Source: Chiloscyllium plagiosum (lineage: Eukaryota). Taken from it: a stretch of 64,000 bases of DNA. Of the stretch, positions 1 to 12,799 are shown piece after piece. The first letter of the stretch is position 1. Each line of letters begins with the position of its first letter. Under the pieces are notes generated by a model. The model was not told the DNA's origin, ran no database searches, and saw only the letters and a list, made by a program, of their open reading frames with translations. A program made the translations under genes and the position numbers. Location: positions 38,178,097 through 38,242,096 of the forward strand of contig NC_057719.1 in assembly GCF_004010195.1 (NCBI RefSeq). Direction: 5' to 3'.

Positions 1-339
1 TTAGAACACACCCACTCAAATATCAATCACTTACCTTCCCGACCAGCTCTGCGCTCCAACCTCACTTCCGCCCAGCTCGCGCCGCTCTCTGCTGATCTTA
101 ACTCCATGTTGTGTAACATCTATTCTCATTTTGTTCACTCTCCTTATTTAGGACCAATAACCTTTTGGCTGCTCTTTATCCCCTTTTTAAAAGCAATTAT
201 TGTCCTAGAAGGATATATTCTGAGTTCCTCGAAGTTACTCATCCATTCCAGAGGTTTTGCCACTGCAATAGCTGGTAGGCTGCCACCTTGACCAATTGCA
301 GTTTGTGGAGAAATGGTTGATAAATTTGGGTTTATTGGT

Positions 340-620
340 ACAGCATTTCAGAAGGGTGGTAAGAGATCACTATTTTGCTGTGAACCCAAAGTTAAAAATA
401 TTTTGGACTGAAAAATCGGGTCTCTTTCCAAAGAATTTGGGTTTTTGTGGTTGCCTTTATTGAAGCTAGCTTTTTATTCCAAGTTGATTTAATTAACTGA
501 ATTCCTGTTTCCTACTGGCTGTGGTGGGATTTGAATTCCTGTTTCTGGATTCTTATTGTGGGTCATTCGATCATTTAACAACTGACATGACCACTAACAT
601 AACCACTTTGTTACTGTACC
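340..620 (-). mobile_element. Old tRNA-derived SINE remnant
   Basis: gtggtgggatttgaa (reverse complement of a B-box-like TTCAAATCCCACCAC) and similarity to the SINE at 53836-54905. Confidence 0.5.
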
Positions 621-2409
621 TGGGAGGTTGTGCTGCTCCTTTCCAGAGCCAATTTTGTTTGGATCACAGCTAGTTTGTGCATTTCTCCTTCAAGTAAGGA
701 ATTTTCCCACTATCTGTGTAATAACTATCCTTATTTGAATGGAGACAGGCAGTTAGAGAGCAAAGCTCCTTACCATTGCTTCGGGAAAGTATGTTGAGAG
801 TGTAGTTTCTTGAAAGTGGTCCTTTAGTGTTGAAGAATTGCTTGACTGTGCTGTTCCTCCTTGCCATAATGAGTAATTACTGTGCATCATGTACGAAGCT
901 AGATTCTGATACTTCCAAGTACCCCAATCATAATAAAGTCCATTGTTGAAATAAGCAGTTGAGAGCAATATACACAAAAGAACTGATAATTCATAATATC
1001 GAACCACCATTAGTAGGAGGATATAACGTGTTTGCACAGGCATCTTCTATCCTAAATGTGAACATAGAAGTTTATAATAGAAATAGAACAAAAACCAAAA
1101 TGCAGCCTCTTAAGATGGCGACTGAGTTATATCTATTCAAATTGATCCAACATTTTCTCCAACATGAGCCCCTCCTCACCTTTAAAAGACTAAATTTTGC
1201 TGTTTAACTGGTAAAGTTACCCACTTGTTCTTAACCAGACTTTAACAATATCAGATCAAGAACAAGTTTATAACGTAAAAATAACTTCAGAATTTATTGT
1301 TAGTAATATTAAAAGAACACAGTTAAATAGCATCGTCTAATTAATATCTATGATAAAAGCCCAATCTTCTTTGATCATAATTCCTACTGTCTCTCAAACA
1401 GATACATAGTTAAAGGATAAAGTAAAAAAAAATTGTAATATGCCAGTTTAATAAACTGTTTCAAACAATGGATACCGGGCTTTCTTGATATAGTTGTGCA
1501 ATCTGTTTCAAACCAAAAAAAACTAGAAGATAGATAGTAAAGGCCTACATAGTCCTATTATATTTCTTCCTCTGCAGTCTTCCAAGTTACAAATGTCATT
1601 GGTGATGAGTACACCATAATGCATGTGGAAATAAACTTCAATATGAGACACCAAAAATATATTTGGTAATATTTTTATTGCCTTAACCCTCCTGCCCCTG
1701 CCAACCCCCCCCCCCAGTCTCATTATTACTTTCAAAGCTGATTTATTAAGCAGAGATGGTTTTATTCTGAAGGTTAGTTCAAAGACAATAAATAATTCCA
1801 CCTTATGATTGGCTATGATGGACTTCTACATGTTTTAACCAAGTGCAGTGACGTTCTCTTTCCTGATGTTGAGACTTCATGCCAATGGAGGAACTTTGAA
1901 AAGTAACTCTGCAAGTTAAGTTATTTAGTTCAAATATTATTCTATGTATGAATGATTTGAAAACTTGCTTATATTTTCTTATGCTCGAATTTTTGAAGCA
2001 ATATTTTCACAATGCTCTTAAAGATATTTTGTTGCAAACTTTCCATGCTGAATTTCATCAACTGCTTCATTCAAGATATGGAAACTACCACTTCAGATGA
2101 CAAACTTGTGATGTAGACTGAACATCCTAAACATCTGATGAAGTACTAGTAGATAATGCCTGTGTGTAACGAGCAAATATTAGATGCCTAATAAAACTTT
2201 ACATATGACTAAAGATTTTAAAAAAAGCTTCTGAAATACATAGACATTTACCAAAGTACAGCCTGAAAATAGGATGTAATATAGTTAGACATTAGCTGTG
2301 AGCATACTTTGTTTAATACGAAATAACAAAATAATAGGATAGCATCCAGGTTATGTATAATTATCCAAAACATCATAGAATATCAGGTTCTACAGTTCTA
2401 ATATAACAC

Positions 2410-2610
2410 AGGACTGGATGCTGGAAGATGAAACAATAACAGTGTGCTGGTGAAATGCAGGTCTAGCAGCTTCTGTGCAGAGGAAAAATAGTTATAATGT
2501 TCCAAGTCCAGCAATTCTGATGAAGGATCATTGTGCTCAAAACGTTATAATTCTGTTTCGCTGTCTACAAATGCTACCAGACTTGCACAGCAACTTCAGT
2601 TTTTGTTTGA
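2410..2610. mobile_element. Old Penelope-type inverted terminal-repeat remnant with decayed hammerhead motif
   Basis: Imperfect inverted arms around CTGATGA (2517-2523)...AAAACGTT; similar to the repeats at 17055, 30990 and 62875. Confidence 0.55.
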
Positions 2611-3097
2611 AGTTTTACTGCTTGTTAATTTGAAACCAAATCTGTAACTTGAATAATGAGAACAATTGTGCTTTTGTGTGTGTGTGTATATGTGTGTTTA
2701 TTATTAGCACTACAGTTTCTAAAAGGATTGATCTTGGCTAACTTCCTTTCAAATGTTATAATATACTAAGTTGTTTAGTTTCGAAGCAATACATTAAACT
2801 ATAAAAATTTAGTTCAATAAGCCAATTCTGTAAAGAGCTTGAAGTAATCACTTTGAAGGTGACAAACCTTGATTTCATTTAATTAGCTAGTTCAGTTTCA
2901 CTGCAGGTTATGAAGCTGGTGTCTTGGAGTTTGAGAGTGATAGAACTGTTCTTTATTCTGCTTACTGTCTCACATTTTGTTCATGAATCTGTCCCCATTC
3001 CATTGAGTCTTTCTAGATTGAAAATACTCTATTTCAGCTGTTGATAGATGACAGAGCTATCTAGTTCACAGCAATTGGATGAAAGTTATGAAATGCA

Positions 3098-3529
3098 AAA
3101 CTTTATTTTATATAGCACCTGTTGTAACCACCTGATGACCTGAGTCACTTTAAAACCAATGAAGTACTTTTGAAATGTAGTAACTGTTGTAATGCAAGAA
3201 ATGCAGCAGACCATTTGAGTGAGCTCCCATCAGGAGCAGCAGTGTGATAACCACGTTATCTGCATTTGCTGATTTTTATCAAGGGATTTACTAGCTAGGG
3301 CACAAGGATAACTTGTCTGCCATTTTGTCAAAATTTTGTATCTAGCTGTATATGTAGATGTTCCTTGGTTAAACCCCTCATCAAAAAGGCAGTACTTTAC
3401 ACTATTGTATTTCCTCCGTATACACCAGAGTGCCAACTTTTGATTTTAGTGCTCTTCCCCTGGAGTGGGACTTTAGCTCTCAATCTTCAGACACAAGTGA
3501 GAATGCTGCCAGCCTGAGCTATGACTGAC
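3098..3529 (-). mobile_element. Deu-domain SINE (SacSINE1/AmnSINE1-like)
   Basis: Reverse complement shows a tRNA-like head, a Deu-like core (..GATGAGGGGTTTAACCAAGG..) and the tail ..AAAAGTACTTCATTGG..GCTATATAAAT; recognised from remembered consensus. Confidence 0.7.
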
Positions 3530-3762
3530 GCAGGAATCTTTTATGCTTTGAAATTGTGGTTTTGTGTGTACCAGTGAATGACCAGACTCTTATGTCATGT
3601 TCATGCAGATGGGTAATTGAGTGCTTGTCAATTTCAGCAACTATTCTGCCACCTGTCTATCCACTTTAAGATCTTGTTCCAGTCCTGTCTTGACTTAGTA
3701 TATACTGTATTTAATTTTAATGTCTTGATTTTATTTGCACTCATGAAATGAATTTTCCATAG

Positions 3763-3924
3763 GCTTTAGGTATGCTCTTTTGGCACAAACACAATATTGA
3801 GAAGTCTTTGGCTGACCTTCCAAACTTCACACCATTTCCAGATGAGTGGACTGTGGAGGACCGAGTCCTTTTTGAACAAGCATTTAGTTTCCATGGGAAA
3901 ACCTTCCACAGAATTCAGCAAATG
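3763..3924 (+). CDS. rcor1: REST corepressor 1 internal exon (ELM2 end/SANT1): [54 protein letters not shown]
   Basis: Translation matches the CoREST family; AG acceptor at 3761-3762, GT donor at 3925; phase 0-0. Earlier exons lie upstream of the window. Confidence 0.96.
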
Positions 3925-5899
3925 GTAGGAAAAAGTGAATTAATTTTAAATTCCTTTTCAAATAAAGTGAATAAATGAGAGTGCTTTAAATTGCACACAG
4001 TAATTACCTTAAGTTACACCTTGTGCATTGAGCATGTATATTTCCTTCCGTAACCTGAGCCTGCTGGAACTTTGTGACCATGTTAGGCTGAACATAAGAA
4101 AAGAGAACATTTTATATAATTCATGCAGAGATGCTATTTTCATTTTCATTCATTGTAGTGTACTCTCCCTGCATAAGAATCTGAACTTTAGACAGGCAGA
4201 CTCTTGTTCAGTGCTATAGTATGATATGTGCATGGCATTTAGCACTATTAATTTATCATTAAATGCATAGTCTAGTCAGAGTTTTCCATGAAATCGGTGT
4301 TTCCTGTTTAAAATCACAGATCTATTTTGAAATTTAACATAATATGGAAATAAGATTTGCTTACTTTCATAGTTGGTATTTAGAATTCTTCAGTTTTAAT
4401 GAAAATGTTACATCCTGAGATGGTTGATTTCAGCTATTACAGCAAGAATATCCCTTGTATTACTGGTGTTCCTGCTCAGTTGCCACTGTCCAAAGATCAC
4501 TGCTGGGAGTGTGCATTAGTTAGGGCAGACTGGGGTCTACTATGATCACTCACTCCTGCAATGAAAAACCAACCACTCTAATTAATCGAGTATTGCAGAT
4601 GAATACTTTTTTGAAGCATTGATGAATGAATTGCATTTGTAAGTTGTTTAGATCCTCAGGAAAGTGGCAAGAGTAATGAAGACTTTTATTTTAGATTTCA
4701 AACTTCTGTAATAATTTCAGCAATACAACCGTATGGTCTAAAATCATACTTTTCTGAAACCCAGGCTGTCAACTCAGAAAATTTATAGCTTTGAAAGAAG
4801 TGGGAAGTGTGCACGGTTTACTGAACTGGCAAATTGTGATCTTGTGTGCTTGGCCTAAGCAAGCAATTAAATGTCAATTGTAAGAATGCACAACGAATTT
4901 CGAATGACCCAGTCATAATCTAACACAGTTACTGTATCTGTACATATATCAAAGTTATAGCTTACTTTGAATTCCTCAACAGAAAATTTGAATAAACATG
5001 CAACCATTTAGTCAGTGCTTTTAAATTGATAATTCTACTGGAACTTGTTGATATTTACTATTTTGTGACAAAGAGGAGCCACATGTGTTTTTCTAAAATG
5101 TATTTGGTTAAGTTGCACCTCCATTTCATTATAAATAAGAAAATAATTATTGATTCTACCTTTGATACATTTGCTGTCTTTTCATCTACGAAGATTATGG
5201 GCAGAGAGTGAAATACCCCCATTTTAAAAGGGGCCTTTTAATAAGGTGTACCTTTGGCTGAAGAGGCCATTCAATGAGAAGTAGGTTCTGCTACACATGC
5301 TACGCATGGCATTATCAGGTGTTATCGTTGGTGGTTGGCTGCTGTTGCCAAGTGCTGTAGCCACTGGTAGTTGTGATTGTACATATCAGCCTATAGTGGG
5401 TATCACCACCTTTCCCAGTGAGCTTCAATAATTAAGGTTTGGGGGCCTTCAGGTCATCATTGCAAGCATCGTTGAATGGAATGTTGGGCATTCCACTGGT
5501 TTTGTCTGACTACAGTTATCTAATTACTGTGTATTTGGGAAAGATTCTGTCATGTGGGTATGTCTGAGGCAATGAAACTGTCTCCATTGAGTGATCTGTT
5601 CATGATTTTTATCCTAGCAAGATAACCCATAATGTGTTACCAGTATCATTATGTGCACCAGTGGTATATGGGAGGCTGTCACGTTGAAACTGTGAAACTT
5701 TGGGGACGCATTTTCTGATGAGTGGTTGGTATTGTTTGGGCTGTGGTAGATGCAGTTGTGGAGAATACAAATGATTGTGCAATCCTGTGATGATCAGATC
5801 TCATTGCCATTCTTTAGACTGTGTGGTATGACGATAGTTTGTGCCAATATTTGTCTTGAAAGAATGTATTTGTGATGGAATGCTTTCAGGGCACAAAGC

Positions 5900-6610
5900 T
5901 CAAGAATGCCGTATGAACAAATAGCAAGAGTCGGTCATTTGGCTTCTCAGACCTGCTCTGCTATTTAATAAGATTGTGGCTGATCCAATTGTGACCTCAA
6001 ATCCATGTTCCTGCATACCCCTGATAATCTTTCATCTGCTTTCTTACAATGATTCTATCCTCCCCAGAGTTTATTTTTAAAAAGTCCAAGCACTCTGTTT
6101 TGGCTGTTTATTTGAAGAGAGTTCCAAAGAGGTTGAGAGAAATGTTCACCTCATCTCAGTTTTGAATAGGTGACCCCATGTTTTAAAATTAGTGACCCCT
6201 TGTTTTAGATGTTCACGTAAGAGGAAATATCCTCTCCATGTTAACCGTATCAAGTCTGTTCAGGATCTTAACTTTCAATCAAGTTGTCTCTTCCTCTTAT
6301 CTGCAGCAGATACAAGCCTAACCTGTCCATTCTTAACTCAAAACAACCCACCCATTCCAGGTATTAGTTTGTGAAACATTCTCTGAAGCTCTTCCAACAT
6401 ATTTAAATCCTTGGACAAATAAGGTGATCAGTACTGTTCACAATACTCCAGATGTCTTTCCAATGCCCTATGTAGTTTAATCAAACCTTTTTTGTATTAA
6501 ATTCCCCTCATGATAAATGAGTGTGTTCTATTAGCTTTCCTAATTACTTGCTGTAGCTGCATACTAACCTTTTGACATTTATGCTTTAAGACACCCAGAA
6601 TCTCTTGAAA
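5900..6610 (-). mobile_element. Old CR1 LINE 3' fragment
   Basis: Degenerate match to the CR1 RT C-terminus and 3' tail of younger copies in the window. Confidence 0.7.
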
Positions 6611-8379
6611 TTTATCTTTGATCTTGTCCGGCACGTTACAATTGTGGCACATTGGCCATGCATCACTGTTTCAATATGTGCATTGAATTTACCCAGCTTT
6701 CTTCCCATTTGGGCAGCTCCTCAGAATGTCATCTAGGTGTCATAGAAATGTTCTTTTTCTGCGATGCTGGATGCGGGCAGATACGGTATTGGCTACATTT
6801 CTATCAGATTATAGCTATAGGGGAGTGCTTAAAGTTGCTTTGGACTATTTAATCGATTGTGCCAGTTGGTCGCTCATTGAAGCTTGTACCACAGTGGTCT
6901 TCAATACACTTTTCTTTCGCAGTTTCTTGTCAGTTAATCTCCTTTCTTATGGCATGGCAGTGTCAACAGGCTTGTGTAGCTCATGGTTAACTTGGACTGT
7001 CTTGCATATGCTTGCTTTGGGTTGCAGGACATTGTTCATGCTAGGGCACAAGATCCTTGCAATCAGCTTCCAAGTCAAAAGGTTGCTTTTATTTTTGTGT
7101 AATGTAGGCCTGCTTATGATGTGCATACTTATGAGCATGTGGACCCCTCTTTCAACCTCATAGGCTGTTATCCAGAGAAAAGGTTCCTTTACACCTAGGG
7201 CCTAGTCGATTGCAGGAGTTGTCAGAAGATGACTTGAGAGAAATACAGTCTGCCTAATGGGATTCCACTTCAGATTTTGGATTAGATTTACTCCATTAAC
7301 CATTAAATCTTAATGTGAATGCAGTAGCTGCAGGATATGAATTGCCAGGGTTAGGGAATGGAATGCTGAGGGCAAAATCATATCTATTTTGACACTGTTA
7401 TTAAAATGTGCAGATCAACCATATTCAAAGAATATATTTTAATACTGTCAGGACGTTAGTTATTTTCATAGAAATCCAAGTATTTTTATTTTATAGAATG
7501 ATGCCAAAAGCATAGGTTCAATTCCTGCACCAGCTGAGATTACCATGAAGGACTCTCCATCTTAACTTCTCCCCTTCCCTGAGGTGGTGGCCCTCCAGTT
7601 AAACCACCACCAACCGAATCTCTCATGAGAAAGCAGCCATATGCAGTCTAGCAGTCTGGTAAGACTAGGAGACTTAGATAAGGTGGGACTTTTGAGAAAC
7701 TTTTCAAATGTTAAGTCTGAATCTTGGGATTCTGTCTGTTCTGTTGAAGGGTATTTACCATATGGTTCAGTGGAAAATAGCTAGGTCTAAAACTGTATGA
7801 ATTAGAACAGACTAATTTTATCACTTGGTCATTAAAATCCCACGGTTTTAAAATATTAGTGAATGTACTGAATAAAAGTTGAAGATAACTGGTGGAGTGT
7901 GACTATAGGTATTTATGGGATTTAGAAAATGATTATTTTCTTTTATTCTAGTAAAGATATTGCAAAGTAGATCTGCCTTTTTAAAAACTGGGAAGTAGGC
8001 AGACTTTTTTTAAAATCTGTTAGTTTGTATCAGTCAATGAAGTGTAAAATTCTGACCCAGCGTCTGACAACAGATATCTACACCTGAATGCTTCTATGGG
8101 GCTGGGTCTGAGTAAGATCTTTTTTGAAAGATCTGTGCAGACTTGATGCGCTAAATAATCTCTTTCCATACTGTAGGAATTCTGTGATTCTACATTTATA
8201 TTAGCATTTTCACAAATCAATGTATAACTTATGCTCCACAAAAAAAGAGTCAAGCTACGGTGGAATAGTGACACTTATCACTGTTCTTTCAAAACCTTCC
8301 ATTTTGTCATATGACAAAAAATCTTTAGCACAAATTGTGATTGTGAGACAAATCTCTTCAACAAGAAATGTTAATTTTT

Positions 8380-8612
8380 TAATTCATTCACGGAATGAGG
8401 GCTTTGCTGGCTAGGTCAGCATTTAATGTCCATCTCTAACTGTTCAGAGGGCAGTTAAAAGTCAACCCTATTTGCTGTGGGTCTGGAGTGACATGTAGGC
8501 CAGGCCAGGCAAGGTGGCAGTTTCTTTTCCGAAAGGAAGGACATTAGTGAATTAGGTGTGTTTTTCTGACAACTGACTGAATTTGTGGTCATCATTAGAC
8601 TCTTAATTCCAA
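8380..8612 (-). mobile_element. tRNA-derived SINE 3' half
   Basis: ggcagtt..gtcaac..gctgtgggtctggagt.acatgtaggcca.acca core shared with 36445-36630, 54670-54905 and 62625-62860. Confidence 0.7.
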
Positions 8613-9444
8613 ATTATAATCTAATTGAGCAAATGCTTGTTTTAATGGGTGGCTCTTTCTTTAAAAGAAAATGTCTCCCATACAGCAGTGTAAATAAAAT
8701 TTCATATGCAAGGATGAGTTTTCATTGCGTAGATTTTTCTATAATCTAGTTCATTTCTCCATAATACAATTCATTTCTCTTCCAAACATTTAACTGGTCT
8801 ACTCAATATTTTTTAAAAGGTAGTATCCATGTTAACAAACCAGAACTATATGGTACCCTTATACAAAGGAATATTCCTTTCACTTAAGAACATGGATAGT
8901 GAGTGTTGATGGGCAGTTTGACATTAAAAATGAAATGCTCAACCTCATCTTTTTAACAGATATCATTGGAGAAGAAACTGTGGTTGACCTTACCCAAACA
9001 TAAGATTACCAAGACTACCTGAGTATAATACTGCTGCTGCTGCCACCCAAGTTGAAATGAAATAAACTAGTTCAAAATAGAGATTGAACCATAGGTCTTT
9101 CCATGTTTGACCGAGTAGTTTAGTTAGAGGATACATTTATCTGTTGAACTATGAATCACTTTCATTTATATTTTTATAAATTTCTGTAACACGAGCAGTA
9201 ATAGACCATTCAAACCTTAAACGTTCTCTGCTATTTGGTACCATGATGAATGAACAACAGCTCCTTCCTGTCATACCCCTTGATTATGTTGGTGCTCAAA
9301 AATCTATCATAGTCCTAAATACAGCCGTTGACTGAACATAGATTTTTGTTTGATGATACCACCACTATTAGGTAGGTACGCTAAGTGGATTTTTAAGATG
9401 TAATTTTTTTCTGCAAAACTTGTTAACCATATGTGTCTCCATAG

Positions 9445-9566
9445 TTGCCTGACAAATCCATAGCTAGTCTGGTAAAGTTCTATTACTCTTGGAAGAAGAC
9501 ACGGACCAAGACCAGTGTAATGGATCGTCATGCTCGCAAGCAGATGAAAAGAGATAAGGAAGGAAG
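9445..9566 (+). CDS. rcor1: rcor1 exon (SANT1 end): [40 protein letters not shown](S)
   Basis: ccatag acceptor and AG/gtaaat donor; frame continues from the previous exon; not in the ORF track. Confidence 0.95.
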
Positions 9567-9964
9567 GTAAATATTGCTACACCAACTCGACTGTTTGGCA
9601 CAAGTTGCTGGAGAGAAGGAAAGATATGTTGATTGGTATCTGATGTAAAACACTGCAGTAAGTAAATACTTCAGAATGATGTGTGCATGTTTGTTAGTTT
9701 GCTCTCTAAATAAAATAGATACAACTTAGAAAATAGGTAATTGGCAAAGGAGGTGTCGCCAGTCAATTTATAGCTGAGGCAAATATGCCTAAATATTAAA
9801 TCTACTTGTACCTAACATGTATCTAAGGTGTGAAATGAAAGAAACTTTTAAAATTTAAGTAGTTCTTCTTTCCCTAGAAATAATTTTCTATAGCGGTTCC
9901 TAATTGAAGAGTGCTTTTCTTTTTAAAGGCTGACTTTTGTTTTTTTTTTTTACTAACTTGCTGC

Positions 9965-10769
9965 TGTGACATTGGGGTGAGGTTGATATGCATATAAATA
10001 TTCAGTTTGTATTTTGAACCATTAGCATGTCTGCTTTGGTTTACATGCATGAGGGAGTTTAATAATTAACTGGTCAGTATTTCTGGAGCCGTTTTTGTTT
10101 AAACCAGTATAAGGGGGTTCTTCAGGTGATGGGAATTTGTTTGCCTTGTTTTATGATTAGACAGTAAATATTGAAAAGCATTAGCTTGTTTTCAGCTTAG
10201 AAGAATGAGGTTTTTTTTTGCCTTGAGGAAAGACCCCCATAGCTTGGAAACATTTTGGTTTCAGTTCAGAGGTCCCTTGGTGGGATTCAGGTGTCAGACC
10301 ATTTTTCTTTAAGAGCAGAGATAGGTTACCTCAGTGGAAGGGTTTTGCTTGAAAGTTCCAGAACAGAAGTTTGGTTAGAACCCTGAAAGTGTTATTTGAA
10401 ACTGAGCAAGTCTAAGCTCAGTTGTGTGACTGATTAAGATCAGGAATTGGAAGGAGCAGTTAAATTATGGATGTGATGGAAAAGGCAAATTCTCTCTGAA
10501 TCCATAAAATAACGGTATTGGGGTAGAAGAGATCGCATTTTACTCTTCCTTGAAATCTTTCAAATTTTATTTCATGAATTTTGACTTATTTTATTTGCGT
10601 TAAGTTTATTTTGCAAAATAACTTCAGTTTTAATGTTCAAACCAGTCTGTAGCATTGTGTGATTTTGTTTCACTGAAACACAAACCCATTAAATAAAAAG
10701 TAATAAAATCTGCCAAGCCAGGTCTGATCTGACTTGTCCAGCAACAACGTGAGCTGGGCTCATCATAAA
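9965..10769 (+). mobile_element. Probable solo LTR
   Basis: Begins TGTGAC, has an internal AATAAA region, and ends ..GATCTGACTTGTCCAG..CTGGG..CATAA; no coding remnants seen. Confidence 0.4.
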
Positions 10770-10832
10770 AGTTTTAAAAGTAATGGTTTTCCCAAAACTG
10801 ACAGTTTTGAAAAAATGACTTCAGTTTCCCTG

Positions 10833-11032
10833 TACTGTGTCCCTGATTTACGAAAGTCTGACTTACAAACAATCCCATGCTGGGTGTAAATTTAAAAACC
10901 TGACAAATGAATATTTCCTGTGCTTACCAACAGCTGTTTAACATTGTCCTGCGTTTTATTCTAATTTGCGTGCAAATTAACTTATGGACAAACTCGAGAA
11001 GGGAACCTGTTGGCAACTCGGGGACTACCTAA
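10833..11032. mobile_element. Tigger/pogo-like MITE remnant
   Basis: Degenerate terminal inverted sequences (..GTCCCTGATTTACG / ..AACTCGGGGACTACCT). Confidence 0.4.
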
Positions 11033-11039
11033 GTGAACA

Positions 11040-11435
11040 TCATGAATACATGAACTTGCCCCAAAAAGACATGACCCACTCTCACTAGTATCCTTACATA
11101 CAGATGAGGAAGGAGACCACTTCGACTGGGACAACACATCCATCCTAGGGTAAGCCAAACAGAAATGCACAGGAATTCCTAGAAGAATGCATTCCAACCG
11201 GAACTCTATCAACAAACACATTGACTTGGATCCCATTTACCACCCCCTGAGAATGAGAAAAAGAACAGGAAATGACATCACCACAGGAAATGACCACCAA
11301 CACAAGGAAACCTAAACACAGAAAGTGGGCCATGCCACCAGCGCTTCATCCGGAGGCTCACTGATGTTACATAGTATGGTGACGAAACGTCTGAAAACGA
11401 ACCTTCCAGCTCAGGGAGCAAATCTTCATCCAGAA
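11040..11435 (+). mobile_element. Penelope-like element 3' fragment (GIY-YIG endonuclease C-terminus plus hammerhead-like 3' repeat)
   Basis: Frameshifted translation HELAPKRHDPLSLVSLHTDEEGDHFDWDNTSILG*..EFLE..HSNRNSINKHIDLDPIYHPLR; followed by tca-CTGATGT..GAAACGTC-tga at 11358-11394. Confidence 0.8.
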
Positions 11436-12799
11436 CTGCCTTTTTGACATATACCAACAGGAACATATAAATGCAGTTTTACTCCCATTAATTCAATGGT
11501 ATTCTTTGGTGGTAAGGGAGAATGCAATTAAGCACTTTTTCTTGGATTTTCCACCCCATGAAACACTAAATGGGCTCTGAAAGCAACCAGGTGGTACTAT
11601 AAGAATTAGGAAAGTGCGCTGGACTGCTCATCTTGGAGTGCTTGTAAACTTCAGTCACTTTGCAAAATCCAGCAATTAGATTGAATTCATTCATACTTGG
11701 TAAATGCAAAGATAAGTTCCATTGGAACATCAAATTCTCTCAATTATCTTAATTTGTGGCCATTGTAGTGAAGATAGGTTACTCAGTATCTAGGATGCTA
11801 AATTGCATCTTTTGATTCCTTGATATCTTGCATTATCCATTATAACGTCAGTGGTCGCAATGTCAAGACTCAACTTTACAAAATAGCTTCAAATGTTGCA
11901 TATGCAGGCAAAGACCTGCAAATGAACACTTGACTTTGTTGCTTCAGAATTTTGATTGCACTTGCTGCTACCCTTGCCATCTGGATGAGTTAGTAGTGCC
12001 AAAAGTAAGCTGGCAACAGATTCTACTTTAACCTACAAGTATTCTTGAGAGCTCCACAGTTACCAGCTATTACCATGAGCTCTCTGCTTTGTGATGCCAT
12101 ATTTTGGTCAGACTTATGCGCATTTTCCTTAGAGTTCCAGTCATCCTTTCTTCCAGGTCATATTCTTTATTTTTTAAAAAATATGTTGTGCCATCTGGGA
12201 ATTCCTAATTACTGGCAGCTTTCTTTTCCTCCCAGTTGTGATAATATAGACTTACAAGGAATAATTTAAGTTTAGTAGGTTTTGTCCTTGTACTGTTTCA
12301 TATTGATGAAAGCTTGCATTCTCCTTGAGTGCACAAATAAAGGAGGATATCTTTATCAGTGTTTAATTAAGATATCTGGCCATTAAATCCAGAAGTTTCG
12401 TAATTCTCTGTTTTGAATTCTCTGTCATAATATAACTCCCTCATTGGTGGGTTGGTATTGGTCTAATTGTTTTTAATGTTAATGTTTAGTTAGATAACAG
12501 GCCACATTCTGAATTTTTAGTAATAATTACAGTTTCAAGCCAAGAACAGTTTGTACCACTGCCTTGTATGAATAGACTTTGAATCTGAATTGATTGGCAA
12601 AATTAATTGAATTTGATCTATTTGGGAAATACAGATTCAAATTTTAAAAATCATAGCTATTTGAGGAAGAACTTGAAATAAGTGGCTTATTCCTGTCCCT
12701 ATGCTTTTTTGAGTTAAACAAAATAAAGTGCATTTTGTGTGATTTTGTTTTTGCATGGATAGATTTGAATTAACATAACTTTTTTCTAATATTAAAAAG

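Noticed and set aside
6726..7163. 145-aa ORF as a nested gene
   Set aside because: No recognisable domain, and it lies in probable repeat-derived intronic sequence.
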